Position numbers and translations under genes: made by a program | Shown: in pieces, positions 51,689 to 57,952 of the stretch | Position numbering within the stretch: position 1 is the first letter of the stretch | Layout of the letters: each line of letters starts with the position of its first letter | Source of the DNA: a virus | IMG/VR virus record: IMGVR_UViG_3300037483_000793 | Coordinates: 96,001 to 160,000 of that record | Reading direction: 5' to 3' (one strand) | DNA length: 64,000 bases | Notes under the pieces: model-generated | Database searches by the model: none | Told to the model about the DNA's origin: nothing | What the model saw: only the letters and a program-made list of their open reading frames with translations

Positions 51689-54070
51689 TTACGCCTGCGT
51701 GTCGTCGTCGCGCTCGGGATCGCCGGTATCCTTCTCGATGTCTTCGATCAGGAGGCGTACGCACTCGGCGCGGAACGCGTCCGGCGCCTTCGGCAGCATG
51801 ACGTCGATGAAGTCAGCCCACCGCGCCTGTTCGAACAGTACGAACGCGGGGATGACGAGCTGGTTCGACACGACGAAGTTGACGCCCTGCAGAATCGCAT
51901 CGACGGTCTTGTCCGGCGTGAGCTTGCCGTCGGCGATGCCGCGGCGCAGCCGATGTACGCTCTCCAGTGCCTGACCGAAGACTTCCTCTTCGCTCGGGCC
52001 CGTGCTGTTCGGCGGCGGCGCCGGGGGCGGATACGGATCGATCGCGCCAGTGCTCACCACGGGCTCGGGCGCGGGGGGCAGATCGATCGGGCCGACTTTC
52101 CGCGGTTGCGGTTGCGGCTGCGGCTGCGCGCCGTTCAGACCGCCACCTGCATCGGGCTGCTGCTGCCGCGCCTGCTGTGGCGCCTGCTGCGCAACCGGAG
52201 GCGGCGGGGACCAACCCTGAACGGGCCGACCCTGCTGCACTGCGATGTTCTGCGCGCGGATCGCGACCTCGGCCTGCATGCGCGTCTGATCACGCGCTGC
52301 TTCGGCCTGCTTCACCTTGCCTTCGCTGATCACCTGGTCGCGCTTGACGGCGAGGAACCGCTCGGCGACTTCGCTCGCGCGGCCAATGCCTTCCTGGATC
52401 AGGCGTGCCGCGGGCGGGTCACCGCCGCCACCGGACATGTTCATGATCGTCTCGGCGGCGTTCTTGTAGAGGTTGCCGATCTCGCCGACCGTGCCAACGA
52501 TACTGCGCAGCATGCCGTCGCTGCCAGACGCGTTGTCCTTCATCAGCTGCGCGACCTGAACCGGCGACACCATGAACTGCGCCATCCGATTGGCACCCTC
52601 GTTCTGCATGCGCGCGATCTCACGCTGGTTGTCAGCCTGCATCCGCGCAGACTCCTTCATCATCTCGACGACAGGATCCTGGCGGTTGGTCGCTGCTGCG
52701 GCCTGCATCTGCTCGAAGCGACGCTCGCTCGCTTCGCGAGTCTCCTTCATTTCACGCTGCAGCATCTCATCGCGGCGGATCTGCTCGTAGCGCTCACGTT
52801 CGCGCTCGCGATCGGCACGTTCGGCTTCGAGGCGGCGATCCTGTTCCTGGCGTTGGCGATCGAACTCGCGCGCCTGACGTTCCTGCTCCTCGCGAATGCG
52901 ACGGAACTCGTCGGTTTCACCCTTGGGGGTCTCGGCCATGCGCGCGAGGTCGGCGCGTAGATGTAGCATCGACTGCTCGCTCTGCTGACGGATCGCGAGC
53001 AGCTGCTGTTGCATCAGCTCGCGCTGAGTGTTCTCGTGCTGTGCACGGGCGCGCTCGCGCTCCTGTTCGCGCTCTTCGCGGAGACGCCGCACTTCGTCGT
53101 CTTCGCTCTTGTTGCGGCCCTCGCCGAGGCGACGGATCTCTTCGCGCATCGCGGCCATCGCCTGTTCGTGCGCGGTCGTCTGCCGTTCAAGCTGCTGCTT
53201 GTATTCCAGCTCCTTGCGATCGAGATCAGCCTGCTGGAGCTTGCGCTCCAACTCCTTCTTCTCGTTGTCGTCCTGATCGAAGGGCGAGCGGCCGCGACGC
53301 GAGCGATCCTCGTCGTCGTAGCTGAAACGCGTGCGGCCGTTGTACGGTGGCGGCGGCTGCGTACCCCACGGACCTTGCTGTGGCCCCCACTGGCCGTTCC
53401 AGCCCTGCTGCGGGTACGGCTGCTGCGGGTACGGCTGCTGCCAGCCCCACGGGCCGGGCTGTGGCGCGCCGACGTTGCCGGGCCACTGCTGCGGCGTCGG
53501 GTTCCACATCGGCGGCGCCTGATTCATCTGCGGCTGCGGAGCGGCCTGCTGTTGCGGCTGCGGCAAGCTACCCATGATGGGACCGGTGTGCGGCGGGTTG
53601 TTGTAGCCGAGCTGCGAGCCCGACGGCGGCCAGCCGGACGCCTGCTGCATGCCGAACGGCTGCACGTTGGCGGGCACAGCTTGTGGGCCCGAGATGGGCG
53701 CGACGTTCGTGGCAGCGTTGACGAGCGCAGCTTCCTGCGTGTTCGGTGGGACCTTCTCGGGATACAGGCGCGGATCCCACACACCCTGCCACGTCATGCG
53801 CTCGCCTTTGGCGTCGGTGACGGTGAACTCGTAGTAGCCGCCACCAGCCCACTTCGTGAGGATGAAGTTTTCCAGTCCGAGCACTTCATCGCGCGTCCAG
53901 TTCACGCCGGGCGGCGAGAAACCCTGCTGCTCACTGCCCTTGGCGGGAAGTTCGATTGGTTGGCGCACATTACCGCGCATTTTTTCGACGCGTACGGTCA
54001 GTGGTTCGTGCATCGCTTGCAGCTTCACCTGATCGAAGCGCTGCTCCTTCTCGGACTTGGGCGCGGCCAT
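51689..54070 (-). CDS. large protein with Gln/Pro/Trp low-complexity region and long coiled coil
   Basis: 793 aa; QQPYP/PWG repeats; E/R/Q heptads; GAGGAG RBS. Confidence 0.85.
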   Translation of the reverse strand: MAAPKSEKEQRFDQVKLQAMHEPLTVRVEKMRGNVRQPIELPAKGSEQQGFSPPGVNWTRDEVLGLENFILTKWAGGGYYEFTVTDAKGERMTWQGVWDPRLYPEKVPPNTQEAALVNAATNVAPISGPQAVPANVQPFGMQQASGWPPSGSQLGYNNPPHTGPIMGSLPQPQQQAAPQPQMNQAPPMWNPTPQQWPGNVGAPQPGPWGWQQPYPQQPYPQQGWNGQWGPQQGPWGTQPPPPYNGRTRFSYDDEDRSRRGRSPFDQDDNEKKELERKLQQADLDRKELEYKQQLERQTTAHEQAMAAMREEIRRLGEGRNKSEDDEVRRLREEREQERERARAQHENTQRELMQQQLLAIRQQSEQSMLHLRADLARMAETPKGETDEFRRIREEQERQAREFDRQRQEQDRRLEAERADRERERERYEQIRRDEMLQREMKETREASERRFEQMQAAAATNRQDPVVEMMKESARMQADNQREIARMQNEGANRMAQFMVSPVQVAQLMKDNASGSDGMLRSIVGTVGEIGNLYKNAAETIMNMSGGGGDPPAARLIQEGIGRASEVAERFLAVKRDQVISEGKVKQAEAARDQTRMQAEVAIRAQNIAVQQGRPVQGWSPPPPVAQQAPQQARQQQPDAGGGLNGAQPQPQPQPRKVGPIDLPPAPEPVVSTGAIDPYPPPAPPPNSTGPSEEEVFGQALESVHRLRRGIADGKLTPDKTVDAILQGVNFVVSNQLVIPAFVLFEQARWADFIDVMLPKAPDAFRAECVRLLIEDIEKDTGDPERDDDTQA

Positions 54071-54092
54071 GTAGAGTCTCCTCAGCTGGGTC

Positions 54093-54108
54093 GATCGCTC
54101 GCGCGATC
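54093..54108. promoter_or_regulatory. GATCGC-N4-GCGATC palindrome (plus variant at 54116-54131)
   Basis: GATCGCTCGCGCGATC and GATCGCGGACGCGACT, both downstream of TATAAC on the minus strand. Confidence 0.85.
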
Positions 54109-54274
54109 GATCTTCGATCGCGGACGCGACTGGTTATAGGACGAGGCCACTCTAAGGGTGTGATACATCGTTGTCAACGCAGGTTCACTACGGTATGAGG
54201 ACGAACCTCACCGGTCGAAGTGCAGTTCGTTACCTGCAACAGTCGCATGAGCGATTGACGCCGCGCGATGCGGT

Positions 54275-54736
54275 GTGTACGACAACGAGATGACGCAAAA
54301 CATCAGTGCGCCCGAGCGTACGTTCACGCGCGCGCGCCGCTGCGCGAACTGCACCGCGTTTGAAACCGGTCCGATGTCCCACCAGCAGTGGGCCATCCAC
54401 CGCAAGGCGCGTCAGGATGACTACCTCCGCACGATTCCTGTGTCGCGTCTCGCGGACATGGAAAAGCCGGGTTGGTCACCCGCCGAGAAGAACGACGCGC
54501 GTCTGCAGCAACTGATGCAGATGGATCAGATGATCGCCCACGGTCAAGCGGGCTTGTGCATGAAAGGCGCACGTTCCGCGGCCGACGGCGGACCGTCCGG
54601 GGACTTCGTGCACGCGGAGTTCCTGTGCGATCGCTGGAACGGCAAAGAGGGTGTCGGTGAGATGACACGCGGTCACGAGGACAAACTCGGCGATGAGTTG
54701 CGCGAGATCGCTGACGGTCGCGCGAAGAAGTCGTAG
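54275..54736 (+). CDS. four-Cys protein (HiPIP-like spacing)
   Basis: CANCTAF...GLC...FLCDRW. Confidence 0.65.
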   Translation: MYDNEMTQNISAPERTFTRARRCANCTAFETGPMSHQQWAIHRKARQDDYLRTIPVSRLADMEKPGWSPAEKNDARLQQLMQMDQMIAHGQAGLCMKGARSAADGGPSGDFVHAEFLCDRWNGKEGVGEMTRGHEDKLGDELREIADGRAKKS

Positions 54737-54744
54737 GTTCGCGC

Positions 54745-55113
54745 GTGAGCACGCTCATCCTCTACATGCTCCTGACGACAGCCCAGTTCTACCTGCTGTC
54801 GCGGGCCATGATCACGAAATCGTTGTGGTCACGCTACCCGGCGTGGCTCGACTACTACACCTCGTGCGCGGCCTGCTCGGGCTTCCTCTACGGCGGTGCA
54901 GTCGCACTTGCGATCGGATGGACCCAAGACCTACCGTTTTTGGGGCTATCCGGTCGTTTTTGGGTCACACCCATCATTGTCGGGCTGGGATCTATGGTGT
55001 GGACGCCAATTATGGGTGATTTCCACGTACGTGCCCTGTTACAGCTCGGTGTAGCCGGTCCGCGCAGTGATTCATCGACCGATCAACCCGATCCACCCCC
55101 AGAGAGTGTGTGA
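54745..55113 (+). CDS. membrane protein with CxxC (DUF1360-like)
   Basis: Three hydrophobic segments; TSCAACSGF at the start of a TM helix. Confidence 0.6.
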   Translation: MSTLILYMLLTTAQFYLLSRAMITKSLWSRYPAWLDYYTSCAACSGFLYGGAVALAIGWTQDLPFLGLSGRFWVTPIIVGLGSMVWTPIMGDFHVRALLQLGVAGPRSDSSTDQPDPPPESV

Positions 55114-55595
55114 TGGCCAAACGCCGTGATGAAAATGCCCCGTACTGGCAACAGTTGCGTGTCGCTGAGCGCGGAATCATCGAATTTGCGCTCCAACACG
55201 GAGAAACCATCCGTGGGACGGCTGCGATCCTAGGAGTTAGCCCCAACTTCCTGAGCGAACGTCTGCGCGAACTCGGGATTCCGGCGCCAGATGTTCGTCC
55301 TGGTCCCAAACCGGGTACGCCGAGGCCCCCGCGGCCGCAGCTGCGGGTCGTATCTGGCAACGCACCAGCGATCCCGGACACGCTTGACGAGGACGATCCG
55401 GAGAACGAAGACGACGACGATGTGATCGAAGCCGATCTGGACGATGACGGGGATGACGGGGACGATGACGACGAAGACGAGCGAGACATAGAGGACGAGG
55501 ACGAAGCCGCCCCCGAGGACCCCCACCACGATGCCCCGAACGACGAACCCGACGAAGACGGCGAAGACAGCGAAGCCAGCTCGCAAGGGAACTAG
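55113..55595 (+). CDS. Fis-like HTH protein with long Asp/Glu tail
   Basis: IIEFALQHGETIRGTAAILGVSPNFLSERLRELGI; about 65-aa acidic tail. Confidence 0.8.
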   Translation: MAKRRDENAPYWQQLRVAERGIIEFALQHGETIRGTAAILGVSPNFLSERLRELGIPAPDVRPGPKPGTPRPPRPQLRVVSGNAPAIPDTLDEDDPENEDDDDVIEADLDDDGDDGDDDDEDERDIEDEDEAAPEDPHHDAPNDEPDEDGEDSEASSQGN

Positions 55596-55635
55596 CCAGC
55601 TGTACCGGCGCCGCAAGCGCCCGTGGCGTCGCCCG

Positions 55636-55935
55636 ATGGCGGGGCTGTTACAACCGGGCGAGGCAGTCGTGCTTGTGCTCGAACCTCCACTCGGCCCGAA
55701 CGAGCTGCCGGTCGCGCTTACACCGAACGGGGGTGACATCCTTCTACGTGACGCCGAACACGATCGGGTGACGATCCAGAACCAAACCGATCGCGTGGTC
55801 GCATACATGGTGACGGCGGTTCCGCGTGTGCTCGTGACGGCTGCAACCGTGCCATGGAAGCGGATCGCCAACGACCTCGGGCGCGCCGTGCGCGCGAGCG
55901 GCCTACTCGATCGGTTCGCAGCACTGCTTCGCTGA
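55636..55935 (+). CDS. hypothetical protein
   Basis: MAGLLQPG... start inside track ORF. Confidence 0.55.
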   Translation: MAGLLQPGEAVVLVLEPPLGPNELPVALTPNGGDILLRDAEHDRVTIQNQTDRVVAYMVTAVPRVLVTAATVPWKRIANDLGRAVRASGLLDRFAALLR

Positions 55936-55968
55936 TCGCGGCCGCGATCACTGATCGCGCGCGCGATC
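55934..55968. promoter_or_regulatory. tandem pair of GATCGC-N4-GCGATC palindromes
   Basis: GATCGCGGCCGCGATC (55934-55949) and GATCGCGCGCGCGATC (55953-55968), then GTGG-TAGGCT, upstream of the lysis genes. Confidence 0.9.
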
Positions 55969-55991
55969 GTGGTAGGCTTTCAGGCGTGAAC

Positions 55992-56285
55992 ATGGGTGCC
56001 ATCACGGATTTGTTCAAGAGCGAACGCGGCCTGTACGCGCTCGCGCTGACGGCCGCCTCGACCGTCCTCACTGCGCTCGGTCACATGACGATCGACATGT
56101 GGCAGGAGTTCAACCTCTACATCTTCGGCATCTACGTCCTCGGCAAGACGACGACGGGCACCGCTGCACTGCTCGCGAAAAAGACCGCGCCCGCGGCCGG
56201 TAGCTCGGTGTCGGTGACGATGACCGAGACTGCGACCTCGACCACACCGGCCGCGCCAGCTGAGACCGTGACGGAACCCAAGTAG
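55992..56285 (+). CDS. putative holin
   Basis: Two TM segments, hydrophilic tail, upstream of the endolysin. Confidence 0.6.
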   Translation: MGAITDLFKSERGLYALALTAASTVLTALGHMTIDMWQEFNLYIFGIYVLGKTTTGTAALLAKKTAPAAGSSVSVTMTETATSTTPAAPAETVTEPK

Positions 56286-56293
56286 GAGGCGCG

Positions 56294-56575
56294 ATGCGCG
56301 CGACGAACAAGCGGGCCCGGTCAACGAAGGGATGGCGCCGTCGCGCCCCTAAGACGAAGCGCGAACGCGACGCGCTGTACACGCGCTGTGGTGCGAAGGC
56401 CTTCCTCGATCCGCAGCGCCGCAAGTTCCCCGTCATGGCGAAGTTGGGACCATGCGTACCCGACTGCGAAGGCGTACGTGCTGCGTATGCACGCGCAAAG
56501 CAGTACAAGTACGGCAAAGCAGCGGGTAAGGCGAAGCGGCTCGGCGTGCGCGCGGCGTGCCGGTGGGCACCGTGA
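56294..56575 (+). CDS. small basic Cys protein resembling a family I recall from giant DNA viruses
   Basis: GW...P....R..L...CG.K.FL.P....FP......C...C.G..AAY.RA.QY; AGGAGG RBS. Confidence 0.75.
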   Translation: MRATNKRARSTKGWRRRAPKTKRERDALYTRCGAKAFLDPQRRKFPVMAKLGPCVPDCEGVRAAYARAKQYKYGKAAGKAKRLGVRAACRWAP

Positions 56576-56862
56576 TCGCGGCTCGACGCCGTAAACGTCA
56601 GCGCCGTCGCGGGCTCGGTCGCGAGACACGGACATCGAAGATCGACTGGTTCTACGAGACGCGTCGTCAGATTCGCGAAGCAAGTCTCGCGTTGGACAAG
56701 AAGCGTTGCATGGACGCCGCGATGCACCTGACGGAGGCACGCGACATCATCGACACGAAGGTCCAGCCGGGACGTGAGACGCGTGAGTGGTATGACGACG
56801 AAGTTGACCGGCTGAAGACGACCTGCAAGTTGAATCTCGGCGCGTCGCGGCGCCGTCGTTAG
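56572..56862 (+). CDS. basic protein with Arg-rich termini
   Basis: RRRGLGR... NLGASRRRR. Confidence 0.7.
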   Translation: MIAARRRKRQRRRGLGRETRTSKIDWFYETRRQIREASLALDKKRCMDAAMHLTEARDIIDTKVQPGRETREWYDDEVDRLKTTCKLNLGASRRRR

Positions 56863-56876
56863 CGCGAGGAGACACC

Positions 56877-57770
56877 ATGCCGATCGATCGCACTGCGGCT
56901 GAAGCGTTCAACACCAAGCAGCTCGCCAACAGCAAGCTGACCGCGAAGCACATCACAGCGCTCATCGAGTACTGGCAAGAAGGTCACGGGCTGCGCGTCG
57001 ACGGATTTGCGGGCGATCGCGAGACGATTCCATCGATCGACTGGGAACTGAGCGACGAAGCGCTGCCACCCGAAGTGCCGACGCCGTCACCCGCACACCT
57101 GCCAGCTAAGCCAACAAGGCGCGGCACGGTTGTCCCGCTGACGGATGATCAGATCGTCGCACGCGCGATGTACCTCGCGGGCAAGGCATCGATCGACACG
57201 CTCGACACGTACGTTCGCAAGGACGGCGCGCCGGAAATGTGCCCGACGATCTACTACCTGCTCAAGGGCTACAACGGCGGCAAGGACCCGACGGCAAGTG
57301 ATCCAGCTGACCGTTGGAGCAAGCAGGGCTCGACGTTCATCAACGTTACGTGTGATTGCTCGGGCGGCAATTCATGGATGGGTGGCCACGACCGATTCCT
57401 CGAAGATCTCATGCGGCCGAGCGTCGGCTACGGCGGCTGGTTCAACACCGACAGCAAGATCCTCGACGCGACATTGCCGCTCAAGCCGGGTGAGAAGCGC
57501 TGTTTCGAAGCGGACTCGCTACCGAACCGTGGACGCATCATCGTCTGCAAGTCGGGATCGCCCGGTCACAAGGTCGGCCACGAAGGGCGCATCACCGGCT
57601 ATCGCGGCGACATCACCAAGTTCGATCCGAAGAACCCACTGCACTGGGATCTGATCGACGTCGTCGATGTCTCGTCGCGGGGCGCAGGCAAACGCGCCAA
57701 CAACCTGCGAACCGGCCGTGGTTGGTCCGGGACCGGCGCGTTGTTCCTCAAGTTCGTCGGCAAGCACTGA
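56877..57770 (+). CDS. endolysin: PG-binding domain plus NlpC/P60-like amidase/peptidase
   Basis: WQEGHGLRVDGFAG; CDCSG (Cys) and GHEG (His). Confidence 0.8.
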   Translation: MPIDRTAAEAFNTKQLANSKLTAKHITALIEYWQEGHGLRVDGFAGDRETIPSIDWELSDEALPPEVPTPSPAHLPAKPTRRGTVVPLTDDQIVARAMYLAGKASIDTLDTYVRKDGAPEMCPTIYYLLKGYNGGKDPTASDPADRWSKQGSTFINVTCDCSGGNSWMGGHDRFLEDLMRPSVGYGGWFNTDSKILDATLPLKPGEKRCFEADSLPNRGRIIVCKSGSPGHKVGHEGRITGYRGDITKFDPKNPLHWDLIDVVDVSSRGAGKRANNLRTGRGWSGTGALFLKFVGKH

Positions 57771-57784
57771 TCGCTCACGCGATC
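57769..57784. promoter_or_regulatory. GATCGC-N4-GCGATC palindrome
   Basis: GATCGCTCACGCGATC at the endolysin stop. Confidence 0.8.
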
Positions 57785-57832
57785 GGTGTGAAGGGTTGCG
57801 AATCTCGACGGAGATCGCGTTGCGCACAAGTC

Positions 57833-57866
57833 GCTCTTGACTTGTCGATGGCGTGGCGCTAGAGAT
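57833..57866 (+). promoter_or_regulatory. sigma70-type promoter (TTGACT-17-TAGAGA)
   Basis: Same GCTCTTGACTTGTC context as 1978 and 4730. Confidence 0.55.
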
Positions 57867-57952
57867 GGCATTGCCGCGAGTTTTGTGGATGTTGTGCCAC
57901 ACCGCTCGCAAACGAGGCGCGACGGATACGTGCGCCGTTAGGAGCAGCTGCC

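Noticed and set aside
53400-53445. 15-bp tandem repeats
   Set aside because: Encode QQPYP units of the low-complexity protein.
51689-54070. Tape measure protein
   Set aside because: No neighbouring tail genes, and the Q/P/W low-complexity blocks are atypical of tape measures.
3310-57784. Cyanobacterial HIP1 (GCGATCGC) as the explanation for the palindromes
   Set aside because: Some copies contain GCGATCGC, but the conserved unit is two GATCGC arms with a fixed 4-nt spacer located intergenically, whereas HIP1 is an 8-mer scattered through coding DNA. A general CGATCG bias may still contribute.
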